Assembly: GCA_964372815.1 (NCBI GenBank)
Contig: CAYJSG010000002.1
Coordinates: 1 to 43,265 of the forward strand
Direction of reading: 5' to 3'
DNA from: Candidatus Woesearchaeota archaeon
GTDB taxonomy: Archaea; Nanobdellota; Nanobdellia; Pacearchaeales; GW2011-AR1
DNA: 43,265 nt
Shown here: piece by piece, positions 8,381-18,157 of the stretch
Layout of the letters: the number at the start of each line of letters is the position of its first letter
Position numbering within the stretch: position 1 is the first letter of the stretch
The notes under the pieces: model-generated
Told to the model about the DNA's origin: nothing
Database searches by the model: none
Seen by the model: only the letters and a program-made list of their open reading frames with translations
Position numbers and translations under genes: made by a program

Positions 8381-8572
8381 CTGATTAAAACTATCATATT
8401 CATAGTATTTACTAAATCCTTTAATGAGATTGCCGTTATTATCATAGGTTAGATTTGTGTTGTAAGTGACGATTAAAATTGGAGTTGATGATTCAGAAGA
8501 ATATTCTAGGTAGCGTTCGGCTTCTTCATAATTATCTTCCCCATCTATTATTAGAACAAAGATAGAATTAAT
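8381..8572 (-). pseudogene. Possible YD/RHS-repeat gene fragment (5' piece)
   Basis: The minus frame reads IIDGEDNYEEAERYLEYSSESSTPILIVTYNTNLTYDNNGNLIKGFSKYYEYDSFNQL. It has no start codon and abuts the PIN pseudogene. Confidence 0.35.
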
Positions 8573-8645
8573 TTATCGTTAGGAAATAATAATCAGACAC
8601 CACAAATTTAGTAAGTTGTACAAGGTAATTATAAGATTCATAACA

Positions 8646-8655
8646 CTTATAAATG
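8646..8655 (+). promoter_or_regulatory. TATA-like box for CDS 8675..9802
   Basis: CTTATAAATG about 28 nt upstream of the ATG at 8675. No SD. Confidence 0.5.
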
Positions 8656-8674
8656 ATTTATCATTTCTTAAAAA

Positions 8675-9802
8675 ATGAGAATACAATTCGGAGAATTAAA
8701 GATTGGTGAAACAGCAAAAAAGCATTTGCAAGATGTAATAAATACAAATTGGGCATCTGGAGGCCCTAAAGTCAAACTCTTTGAAGAACAGTGGAGCAAA
8801 TTATTTGGCTACAAATATAGCGTTGCTATGAGCTCTGGCACAGACGCTGACATAAATGCCTGCGCAGCGCTCTATGACTTCGGTGCAAATAGAGGAGATG
8901 AAATTATAGTTCCAGCCTTATCTTTTATAGCAACCTCAAATGCAGTTTTAGCCGCCGGCCTTAAACCAGTGTTTGTAGATATAGAAAGACACACATTAAA
9001 TATCAATCCAAAAAAAATCGAGGATAAGATAACAAAAAAAACAAAAGCAATTATGGTTGTCCATACAATGGGCAAACCATGCGATATGGACAAAATAAAT
9101 GAAATTGCAAAAAAGAATAATTTATTTATTATTGAAGATTCGTGTGAGTCGCATGGAGCAAAATACAAGGGAAAATTTGTAGGTCATTTAGGTGACATGG
9201 CAGCATTTAGTTTCTATGCAGCACATTTAATATGTTGTGGCGAAGGAGGCATGGTCTCAACAAACAATGAAAAATTAGCAGAAATCCTGCAATCAATAAG
9301 AAGTCACGGTAGAAAACCTGGAACATTATATTTTGACCATATTCGTTTCGGTATAAATTCCAAGATGAATGATATGGAAGCCTCTCTTGGATTACAGGGA
9401 GTAGAAGAATTTTGGGCTACTTTCAATAAAAGAAAAGAAAACTTATATTATTTATTAAACAAATTAGAAGATTTAGAAAAATTTGCTTTCTTTAATATAG
9501 AAGAAGAGCATGAAGTAGTCACTCCTCATGCTTTCACTATAACATTAAAAGACTCAAAATACAATTGCTCTGAACTATACTCCTTCTTGGAATCCAATGG
9601 AGTCATGTGCAAAAGAAATTTTGGTTCAATACCAACACAACATAAAGCGTTTGCTTTTATGGGACATAAATTTGGAGAATTTCCAGAATCAGAATATGTT
9701 GGAAATAATGGTTTACATTTTGGAATCCATCAATATCTAACAAGAGAAGATTTAGACTATATTTCAGACTTGGTTCATAAATATTTTGCTAAATTTAATT
9801 AA
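8675..9802 (+). CDS. DegT/DnrJ/EryC1/StrS-family PLP sugar aminotransferase
   Basis: 375 aa with SSGTDA, IVPALSFIATSNAV and EDSCESHGA, the family's layout with a conserved active-site region. Confidence 0.88.
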   Translation: MRIQFGELKIGETAKKHLQDVINTNWASGGPKVKLFEEQWSKLFGYKYSVAMSSGTDADINACAALYDFGANRGDEIIVPALSFIATSNAVLAAGLKPVFVDIERHTLNINPKKIEDKITKKTKAIMVVHTMGKPCDMDKINEIAKKNNLFIIEDSCESHGAKYKGKFVGHLGDMAAFSFYAAHLICCGEGGMVSTNNEKLAEILQSIRSHGRKPGTLYFDHIRFGINSKMNDMEASLGLQGVEEFWATFNKRKENLYYLLNKLEDLEKFAFFNIEEEHEVVTPHAFTITLKDSKYNCSELYSFLESNGVMCKRNFGSIPTQHKAFAFMGHKFGEFPESEYVGNNGLHFGIHQYLTREDLDYISDLVHKYFAKFN

Positions 9803-9803
9803 T

Positions 9804-10661
9804 ATGCCACTAAAAAGCTCTCTTCTGGTTGGAGAAATACACCCACAAGCATTATCTCTATTAAAGAAAAATACAATCTTAACAAAAAAAACTCAAGATG
9901 AATTTGATAAAATATCTTTATCAGAAGAATATGAAATTTTAATAATTAGAACATTTACAAAAATATCAGAGAAAGAATTAAATAAACTTCCAAATCTAAA
10001 ATATATAGTAAGTTGTAGCGTAGGAATAGACAACATAAATTTAGAAGAATTAAAGAAGAGAGATATATCTTTAATTTATTGCCCAGGCACTAATGCCAAT
10101 AGCGTAGCAGAACACACTCTTTATCTTATACTTTCTCTTCTAAGAGAAAGCACCCCGCAATTTATAGAATTAAAAAACAAAACCATGGGAATAATAGGAT
10201 TTGGAAACATAGGAAAATTAGTTGCAAGAAAGTTATCTGGTTTTGAGGTTAAAATAATTGCTCATGATATAATAGAACAAAATAAAGACATATTAAAGGA
10301 ATTAAAAGTAGAAATCAAAGATTTAGATTATCTTGTAAAAAATTCAGATATCGTAACAATTCACGTTAATTTAAATGAACATACAAAATCTATGATAAAC
10401 GAAACAATATTTTCAAAAATGAAGGACAATATTTTCTTAATAAATACATCAAGAGCAGAAATTATAGACGAAATATCTTTAATGAAACACAACAACTTAG
10501 GAAAATTTAAAGGCATAGCCCTAGACGTCTATTCAGAATATCTAGAAAAAAACCTTAAAGGAAATATAATTTTAACACCACATGTAGCTTCACAAGGACA
10601 AGACTCATTCAGAGAAATGTGTACAAAGCCAATAAGCGAACTATTAAAAATTATGGGTTAA
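9804..10661 (+). CDS. D-isomer-specific 2-hydroxyacid dehydrogenase family protein
   Basis: NAD fold GIIGFGNIGKLVARKL, then INTSRAEIID, ALDVY and TPHVAS. ATG at 9804 is preferred over the TTG at 9786. Confidence 0.85.
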   Translation: MPLKSSLLVGEIHPQALSLLKKNTILTKKTQDEFDKISLSEEYEILIIRTFTKISEKELNKLPNLKYIVSCSVGIDNINLEELKKRDISLIYCPGTNANSVAEHTLYLILSLLRESTPQFIELKNKTMGIIGFGNIGKLVARKLSGFEVKIIAHDIIEQNKDILKELKVEIKDLDYLVKNSDIVTIHVNLNEHTKSMINETIFSKMKDNIFLINTSRAEIIDEISLMKHNNLGKFKGIALDVYSEYLEKNLKGNIILTPHVASQGQDSFREMCTKPISELLKIMG

Positions 10662-11333
10662 ATTTATTCCAGATATATATTTAGAGCTCTTAATCAGTCT
10701 AAAAGGGAATTCTTGCATTATTTTATCAGCAATATCACCATGTTCAAAATTATATTTAATCTCCAGAATAAATGTCTCTTTATCTTCTATAGGCTTAATA
10801 AACAAATTATTTCTTTCTCTAGTCTCAAAAAACTTTAATTCATTGTCTAAGGTAATCCTAAATTTATTATCGGTAGAAATATAATATCTTCTCTTATAAG
10901 AGTTTATCAAACTAATCTTGGTTAACATTATTATTTCTTTAATATAATCTGAAATATTAGATTCAATTATTACATTTTTTATATGCTCCTCTGAAAAATT
11001 TCTCTTTACTGAAAATTCATTTAATTCAAACTTCAATTTCTTTCCCAATTCACCTTCTTTTATCTTAAATTCCAATATTCCATTTTTAATAAGTCCAAAC
11101 ATATTCCCATACCATCTAATTCTAATTTTCAATCTGGAACTGTTTCCGGAAATATTATCATGATAGTTATCCATATTAAAAGAATCTAGATATATATTAT
11201 TAACCTGCCTGGGAGAATATATCTCCTTAAATAGGCCGGAATTTAATTTAATAACATGTTCAATTTCTTTTAAATCCAGCTTATGAATAACAAATTTTCT
11301 TTCATTTCTTAATTTTAAGTCTTTATTCTCCAT
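10644..11333 (-). CDS. VTC-domain (CYTH-like, polyphosphate-polymerase-type tunnel domain) protein
   Basis: ERKFVI..., YLDSFNMDNY..., RLKIRIRWYG..., LEFKIKEGELGKK. ATG at 11333 (MENKDLK) is preferred over 11378. Confidence 0.75.
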   Translation of the reverse strand: MENKDLKLRNERKFVIHKLDLKEIEHVIKLNSGLFKEIYSPRQVNNIYLDSFNMDNYHDNISGNSSRLKIRIRWYGNMFGLIKNGILEFKIKEGELGKKLKFELNEFSVKRNFSEEHIKNVIIESNISDYIKEIIMLTKISLINSYKRRYYISTDNKFRITLDNELKFFETRERNNLFIKPIEDKETFILEIKYNFEHGDIADKIMQEFPFRLIKSSKYISGINLTHNF

Positions 11334-11340
11334 ATTAATC

Positions 11341-14124
11341 TCAGCCAGGATATAATTTATCAAAAACATTATTTCCACTATTCAAAATAATCTTTTTATT
11401 TATTAATGCATCTGAACCTTTTTCAATTAAATAATCATTTTTAGCATTAATCTCAGCATTAACAGCCTCGATCGAGGCAGGTCCAAATTCAGGTTTCTTT
11501 TGATAAGCAGTCAAACCATATTCACAATTCTTTATCTTAATATCATTCACATTTAATTTAGAAAGATCCTTGCTTGTCGCTCCTATATAACAATTTTTTA
11601 TTTTAAATCCATTAACCCCTATATCACTTTCTTCTCCTGCGCTTATTCCCTTATCACCTATTTCACTAGCTTCAACATAGTTTATAATTGCTCTGCTTCC
11701 AGAAAAATCCAGAGCATCATTTCTACAATTTGTAAATATTGTATTTTCTACACTCCCCTTACCAAAATCAACATCAAAACAATCAGACAAAGCCCCATCA
11801 AATAGACTATTTTTAATTTCAAATTCAGATTTTACAATGTTCAGGCTATCTTCAGCTCTAGCATTTAAAAATTGTACATTATTCATTTTAACATCAGATT
11901 CATAAAATGTAACTGCCCCTGTTAATTCCCATCCATTCTTAGACGGAAAAGATAAATCATCAAATATAACATTGTTTAATTCAGATCTCTCATTTGCGCC
12001 AATTACAACAATACCCTGGCCCTGCCCATCAGAAGAGAGTAATCTGATAGGACTTTCCAAACTACCATAAAATCTTAATGGAGAATATGACAATATTGCC
12101 GAATTGTTTATCAAATCCAAGTTAGTCCCGCTACTAGCATAAACTAAAAATCCCTCGGGGATAATTAAACTTTTATCTAATTTCCAGTTACCTGCTTTTA
12201 TTGTTATTTTCTTATCTTTATTATCAACAATTAAAAATTCATTATCTAAAACAGGTTTCTGCCTTATAAAATCAGTTTCAATAAAGTTATCATCTCTATA
12301 GCTCCATGGCAACACAGTTACATTTCTTAAAGAATTTGCTCCAAACACCTTATAATTAACTTGGAGTTCGCTAATAATAGTATTATTAAATTCGAAACCT
12401 TTTGGAATTGAAAAACCAACCTTTTTGTAATCAACTACTCCAGAAGAAGCCCTCGGCTGCAATATTAATTTTTCATTTAGATAAAACTTTATGCCTTTAT
12501 ATTCCAGCTCTAGAATATCAATAGGCAAATAATCCAGATTTCCAACATCTAAAATTAGCTCACCATTATCTTCTTTATCAAAATAAGCTAAAATCGTCCT
12601 TCTATCTGGATTTAAAATATCTCTTATATATTGCTGATTTTCATAAAATATATTTTTAGAGAAGTGATAATAAGGCATATCTTTGTGTATAATTTCTATC
12701 TTCTCTTTTATCTCATTATCAAGTTCGTTAAACAATCCATCTAAATATTCTTTCTTAGAAACCCGTTCTAGTTCACTGATATACTTTTCAAAAAATACAG
12801 GATCGCTAAATAACAAGTTATAATAATTATTTATTTTTTCTTCACACTCTCTTTCATTAAATTTTATACATCTTGGAAAATATTTATGAATTATTTTATA
12901 ATTATCTGTCCCACTATTTCCATTAAATCCAATTGGCTCTAATTTTGAGGTTATAGGATTGTAATAGAGCCTTATATTAATCCAATCAGCCGCATGTTCT
13001 GCTCCAATTAAACTTACAATTGCAAAATATTTTGCAAGTTTTTCTACATCAAAAACTTCATGTGTTTTTAATTTTCCTAATCTAAATGCTTCAAATAAAT
13101 TTCTAGCTTTATTAAATTGTGTATACTGAATATTATCTTCTAAAACAGCCCCAGTCTTAAACAAATCTACAGAGCTATCATGAAAACCAGTATCGAGGAA
13201 ATAACTATAAGAGATTAGATAATCTTTATCAAAAGTTATATTTTTATTTCCTACATTAAACTCAGTGACAAGTTCATCATCACGCATCTCTCTTACAATA
13301 AAATTCTTCCCTTCTTTTTGTACCAAATCTTTATACCAGTCATCCTCATAAAATTTTATTATCACCCCTTCTCTTCTTTCATTATCCTCTATAAGATACT
13401 TATCAAAATGCTCTTCTATCCCATAAATTCCCTTGTTTTTACCATTTATTTCAACTTCTATAAAATCATATCTTAAGCCAATAACACCCTCTTTTTTTAA
13501 TGCCTTATGGAATATATACTCATTCAAATACTGCCTTATTCTAGGATGATGTATAGAAAAAGTCTTCATGCCAAATAAAGTATTATCTCCATTCAGATCT
13601 ATTTTCATAGACCATTTTTCTCCTTCTAAATTTTCAGGGGCATCACCTTTTAATCTTACTTTGGCCTTATATTCTTTATTCATATATCTTATACTTGCAG
13701 GAACAAAATCATCTCCTGAATAAAAAATAAATTTATCATTAAAAACCTGTTCTCTTTTATAAACTAATTTTTGATAATCTTTAAATTTAATATCAATATA
13801 TATTTTTTCTGGATTTGAGAATTGTCCGAAAATATAATTAAAAGGTATCTTAATATTCTCTTTTAGAACACCAATCAACACACTCTTTAATCCAGATTCA
13901 AAGCCAAGACTTCTTAAAAATTCCCTCCCTTTTTGAGAGGGCTCATCAAGTGTTCCAAAAAATCCAGAGAAAATTAAGCCGCTAAAATATCCAATTAAAA
14001 AAAAACCTATAAATATAGTTATAATCAATATTACTCTAATCTTTTTCTTTAATATAAATTTAGATATCGACAAGAATAATTTCTTTAGTCTGGATTCAGA
14101 AGCAGAATTTAATTTCAATTTCAT
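11341..14124 (-). CDS. CotH-family kinase-like protein with N-terminal membrane anchor and C-terminal parallel beta-helix repeats
   Basis: TM segment IRVILIITIFIGFFLIGYFSGLIF. CotH-like core KVRLKGDAPENLEGEKWSMKIDL...VEINGKNKGIYGIEEHFD. C-terminal beta-helix repeats (NVQFLNARAEDSLNIV...DALDFSGS). Confidence 0.8.
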   Translation of the reverse strand: MKLKLNSASESRLKKLFLSISKFILKKKIRVILIITIFIGFFLIGYFSGLIFSGFFGTLDEPSQKGREFLRSLGFESGLKSVLIGVLKENIKIPFNYIFGQFSNPEKIYIDIKFKDYQKLVYKREQVFNDKFIFYSGDDFVPASIRYMNKEYKAKVRLKGDAPENLEGEKWSMKIDLNGDNTLFGMKTFSIHHPRIRQYLNEYIFHKALKKEGVIGLRYDFIEVEINGKNKGIYGIEEHFDKYLIEDNERREGVIIKFYEDDWYKDLVQKEGKNFIVREMRDDELVTEFNVGNKNITFDKDYLISYSYFLDTGFHDSSVDLFKTGAVLEDNIQYTQFNKARNLFEAFRLGKLKTHEVFDVEKLAKYFAIVSLIGAEHAADWINIRLYYNPITSKLEPIGFNGNSGTDNYKIIHKYFPRCIKFNERECEEKINNYYNLLFSDPVFFEKYISELERVSKKEYLDGLFNELDNEIKEKIEIIHKDMPYYHFSKNIFYENQQYIRDILNPDRRTILAYFDKEDNGELILDVGNLDYLPIDILELEYKGIKFYLNEKLILQPRASSGVVDYKKVGFSIPKGFEFNNTIISELQVNYKVFGANSLRNVTVLPWSYRDDNFIETDFIRQKPVLDNEFLIVDNKDKKITIKAGNWKLDKSLIIPEGFLVYASSGTNLDLINNSAILSYSPLRFYGSLESPIRLLSSDGQGQGIVVIGANERSELNNVIFDDLSFPSKNGWELTGAVTFYESDVKMNNVQFLNARAEDSLNIVKSEFEIKNSLFDGALSDCFDVDFGKGSVENTIFTNCRNDALDFSGSRAIINYVEASEIGDKGISAGEESDIGVNGFKIKNCYIGATSKDLSKLNVNDIKIKNCEYGLTAYQKKPEFGPASIEAVNAEINAKNDYLIEKGSDALINKKIILNSGNNVFDKLYPG

Positions 14125-14125
14125 C

Positions 14126-14818
14126 TTATTGATAGATGCCTATTTTATCAAGATAACTTATCGCAATTGAACTTGAGATTTTATTTAGCTCTTCCTTTAT
14201 TATATCTAATTTCTCAAAAGAATCAAGGTCAACAAGGAAAGCAGCTTCAAGCATCCCATCAATAGATTTATCAAATCTTTTCAAATGTACAGAAGAACAG
14301 TTTTTCTTTAAAATATCAACAATCTTTTTTAAAGTAAGATCCTTATTTATCTTTCCGGAAATTGTTAAATACAAATTTTGATCTTCCTCTTTTCTATAAT
14401 AAAAATGTCTGCTCCACAAAAACAAAGATAGAATAAAGACCGCAATCAAAGTAATTAAAATCTGATTTGCCCCCAAACTTAATCCGGCAGATATAGAAAT
14501 GAAGAGAAATGCCAGCTCTTCTGGCTCTTTTATAGCTGTTCTGAATCTAACAATTGATAATGCTCCAACTAAACCTAATGATAAAGCCAGAGAAGATTTG
14601 ACCACACTAATAATCAATGTAGTTGTTGGTATTAGAAGATAAAAATTATTAGCAAATTTTTTCCTATTAGAAATAGCACTTCCATATTTAACATATACTC
14701 TGCTCAAAACAAAAGCTAAAATCAAAGAAAGGATCATTGCTAGTATAAATTGAGAAATATCTATCTGGGCAGGATTATTCAATAAAAAATCTTGGAAAGT
14801 TATATTAGTAATAGCCAT
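14126..14818 (-). CDS. DUF4956-type multi-pass membrane protein
   Basis: Several TM helices and the family hallmark GALSIVRFRTAIKEPEELAFLF. The stop is 1 nt from the CotH start. Confidence 0.75.
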   Translation of the reverse strand: MAITNITFQDFLLNNPAQIDISQFILAMILSLILAFVLSRVYVKYGSAISNRKKFANNFYLLIPTTTLIISVVKSSLALSLGLVGALSIVRFRTAIKEPEELAFLFISISAGLSLGANQILITLIAVFILSLFLWSRHFYYRKEEDQNLYLTISGKINKDLTLKKIVDILKKNCSSVHLKRFDKSIDGMLEAAFLVDLDSFEKLDIIKEELNKISSSIAISYLDKIGIYQ

Positions 14819-14856
14819 ATTGATTTAAGAATGCAACAAATTCTCATTTATAAAAC

Positions 14857-16428
14857 TTATGTAGAAAAACTAGATATTCTCCCAATTTTTAACTTATTTT
14901 TAATAGTTAGCAATATAATTTTATCATTGCTGTCTAAACCGCCAGAAATTAAAATCAGAAAGATATATAATAAAATAAAGAAACAACTCAATATTAAAAA
15001 ACTTACAATATTTATGGCAAAAAATTGCTTAACATAAATCAATATAATAGTGCAAATTATTCCCATCAAAAATATTTTAATCATACTTCTTCTTGCAGGA
15101 ATCATATTAAAATTTTTTCTAACTTCAAAAATTAACAAAGCGCTTGTAATTAATATAGAGAATAATGTAGCTAGAGCAGCCCCATTTATTCCCAACTTAT
15201 TTTCAATAAACCAGATTTTTTCCATAGGAACAAAGATGTAATTTAATATTATATTTAAGATAATAGATAAACTAGTGTTAAATAATATCAATTTAGATCT
15301 GCCTTTCATTAAAAGCAGATGGTATGATATAGTCGGGACAATTGTAGTAACAAATAAACCTATAGCTAAAATTCTCAAAGAGTTTCCAGCGGCAACATAT
15401 TGCTCTCCAAATAATATCCTTATTATTATATCAGGAAATATAAAGATAAGGATAAATAATGGAAGATTTATAACAAATATCCATTTGACAACCTGTCTGC
15501 TTAATTCTTTAATCAGATGATATTTCTTTTCAGAATATATTTTTGTAATCAATGGAAAGAATAATTGCATAAATAATTCAGGAACAAAATGAAGCAGTGC
15601 AGCAATAGGCACCGCAGAAGCGTATAAACCTACCTCGACAGCAGTTTTATAATAACCTATAAAAAAAGAATCTAACCATGTTAATGCGACTTGCATAATT
15701 CCAACAAATACAACAGGCCATGAATAAGACAAAATATCTTTAGCTATTTTTATTTCCTTTCCCTCTTTTAAATTTTTATCAAAAATCTCTGGTGTTTTTT
15801 TCCTGCAGATTATAAAAACAAATATCAACATTAATAATAAACCTAACGCATGGGATAAAGGTACAGAAATACTTTCAAAACCTAAAATAATCAAAATAAC
15901 TAAAACAATTACTTTAGCGAAATTTCTAATAAAATTAGTTATAAAAGAATATTCTCTTATCTTTTCATAAGACCTCAATACAGAAAGTAGGACATTAGAA
16001 AAAGCAGTTAATGGAATCCCAATGCTCAATATTTTAATAAATAAGATAAGTTTCTCATTATGAAATATGTTAAGAGCAATAAATTCAGAAATAAAGTACA
16101 AAATAATCCCAAATATTATACTAGAAACTAAAATAAATCTTGATGTAAAATCATAAGAGTATTTTATCTTCTCCATTTCTTTTTTCCCTCTGAAAATTGA
16201 TATATATCTTAAAATGCCCTCAGGCAACCCAAAGGATGCAAAAGCAATAAAAAATCCTAAGATCATTATTCCCAAAGAATATAAGCCGTAAACCTCCGGC
16301 CCAAAATGCCTTGCGATTATTACTCTATAAACATAGGTAAACAATTTTGATAATCCAACGCCGAATAAGACTATAAAAGAAGATTTTACAATCAATCTGA
16401 GATTTTTATTAAGCTCGCTATTCTCCAT
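14857..16428 (-). CDS. Wzx-like oligosaccharide flippase (MOP/polysaccharide biosynthesis protein family)
   Basis: 523 aa with about 12-14 hydrophobic helices. The N-terminus LIVKSSFIVLFGVGLSKLFTYVYRVIIARHFGPEVYGLY is typical for the family. Confidence 0.8.
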   Translation of the reverse strand: MENSELNKNLRLIVKSSFIVLFGVGLSKLFTYVYRVIIARHFGPEVYGLYSLGIMILGFFIAFASFGLPEGILRYISIFRGKKEMEKIKYSYDFTSRFILVSSIIFGIILYFISEFIALNIFHNEKLILFIKILSIGIPLTAFSNVLLSVLRSYEKIREYSFITNFIRNFAKVIVLVILIILGFESISVPLSHALGLLLMLIFVFIICRKKTPEIFDKNLKEGKEIKIAKDILSYSWPVVFVGIMQVALTWLDSFFIGYYKTAVEVGLYASAVPIAALLHFVPELFMQLFFPLITKIYSEKKYHLIKELSRQVVKWIFVINLPLFILIFIFPDIIIRILFGEQYVAAGNSLRILAIGLFVTTIVPTISYHLLLMKGRSKLILFNTSLSIILNIILNYIFVPMEKIWFIENKLGINGAALATLFSILITSALLIFEVRKNFNMIPARRSMIKIFLMGIICTIILIYVKQFFAINIVSFLILSCFFILLYIFLILISGGLDSNDKIILLTIKNKLKIGRISSFST

Positions 16429-16592
16429 TCTATAATAAACTTTTTAATGCCTATTAAACTTTCCTTTTTATTACAAAATGCCTTTTACATATCCTTATTA
16501 TTATTTTTAATAATTATTTCAGTGGGCATTTAGCGTATAGAGAATTTGATAAATTCCATGACCTGAATAACTAATTTTCTCAGAGCCGGATT

Positions 16593-17168
16593 TCATCCTA
16601 CAAACCTTACAACCTCTAAATATAATTTTTCAAGACTTTTATCACTATTAATTTCAATCATCTTACAAAAATCTCTTATTTTGTAAAAATTAGTGTAATA
16701 ATTGTTTAGCTTTATAAAAGAAAAAGTATAACCTCTATTTCTCAAAACTTTTGGAGAAACTCTTAAAATAAGGCATAAGTCTGGTCTAGGCGTTATTAAT
16801 TTAAAAAACTTATATTTTAATCCTCTGGAAAAGACCAACTCATCATAAAAATATCTGTCAAACAGTATAAAATCAACATTATAAAATAAACTTTTCACAT
16901 ATCTAATCATTAATTCAGAATAATATATAAAATAAAAAATCCAGCTTCTCTCCCTATATCGGTCTATCCTATTTTCCTTTACTTTTTTACTTTTTTTCAT
17001 ATATAATTTAGAAAAAAGTCTTAAAATGGGATTAGAAAAATCTCTCCAACCCATAAAAATTATCTTCACACTCTTTTTCTCTATTTTAAACCTTTTCTTT
17101 ATATAATCAATCAAAGTACTCTTGCCTGTTCCATCTATCCCGATAAAACAAATTTTAATTTTTTTCAT
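16593..17168 (-). CDS. P-loop kinase, thymidylate-kinase-like fold
   Basis: Walker A FIGIDGTGKSTL and FDRYFYDE. ATG at 17168 (MKKIKICF) is preferred. Overlaps the methyltransferase stop by 14 nt. Confidence 0.6.
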   Translation of the reverse strand: MKKIKICFIGIDGTGKSTLIDYIKKRFKIEKKSVKIIFMGWRDFSNPILRLFSKLYMKKSKKVKENRIDRYRERSWIFYFIYYSELMIRYVKSLFYNVDFILFDRYFYDELVFSRGLKYKFFKLITPRPDLCLILRVSPKVLRNRGYTFSFIKLNNYYTNFYKIRDFCKMIEINSDKSLEKLYLEVVRFVG

Positions 17169-17922
17169 TTTTTTCAAATTTAACAAGATAGCTGGAAGCA
17201 AAAATCTTTGACAATAAACTCCACCTTTTTTTATAAAGCTTGTTAAATAATAATCTATTGGGAACAAGAGGAAAATCACTAAACAATATAGGGTAAACTT
17301 CTACTCTGATAAAACCTGCTCTTATTAAAAGATTGGCTAAATCTTCAACAAATATCCTGTTTTTATGTTCAATATCAATTTTTCTTCTGAATAATTTCTT
17401 TAAGGTAACTAATTTTGGATGTGGAGGCGAGCTAATAATGATTCCTTTTCCATCATTCTTTAAAATATTATAAAATTTTCTTATCACTTCAGATTTATTT
17501 GGTATATATTCTATCGCTCTTGAACAAAAAATAAAATCAAAACTCTCTTTTTTTAGTTTTACATCTAAAAAATTACTGACTATAGTTTTTACTCTCTTTC
17601 TCTCTCCTACATTCTTCTCAAACTGTTTTATCATCTCTTTTGAAATATCAACGCACAAAAAGTTAGCCCCAGGGTATTTTTTTAGCAATATTTTAGTCCA
17701 TGTCCCAGGCCCACAACCAACCTCAAGACAATTTTTAATCTCTATATCTTCTAAGTGAAATAACAAACTTCTCAAGCTATATTCATATTGTCTTATTTTC
17801 CTAGGACTGCTAAACCATCTCACATATTCATATCCACTGTCAGAAATATTCTTTGCTTTTCTATTATAAAATTCTCTAATCCAATTTCCAAATTCAATAT
17901 CTTTTTTTCTAATATTTTCCAT
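17155..17922 (-). CDS. Class I SAM-dependent methyltransferase
   Basis: Motif I LEVGCGPGTWT. 255 aa. Confidence 0.85.
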   Translation of the reverse strand: MENIRKKDIEFGNWIREFYNRKAKNISDSGYEYVRWFSSPRKIRQYEYSLRSLLFHLEDIEIKNCLEVGCGPGTWTKILLKKYPGANFLCVDISKEMIKQFEKNVGERKRVKTIVSNFLDVKLKKESFDFIFCSRAIEYIPNKSEVIRKFYNILKNDGKGIIISSPPHPKLVTLKKLFRRKIDIEHKNRIFVEDLANLLIRAGFIRVEVYPILFSDFPLVPNRLLFNKLYKKRWSLLSKIFASSYLVKFEKNEKN

Positions 17923-18157
17923 TTTTTTATTAAACTACATTTAGTTTTTAAATATAGGTATAATATATATCTTTTTAGTTGTTTCTCAATGATTCCTATT
18001 TTGTAAAATCTTTAAAGATCTTGAATATCAAAATAAAATCTAATCTTAGAAGTTATACATTTCATTTATTTAATATAAATGAGCTCATTTTACTCGGAAA
18101 AGCTCATCTACTGGAAGAATACACAACAATTAAAAACATTTATTTTCTTCAATATCC

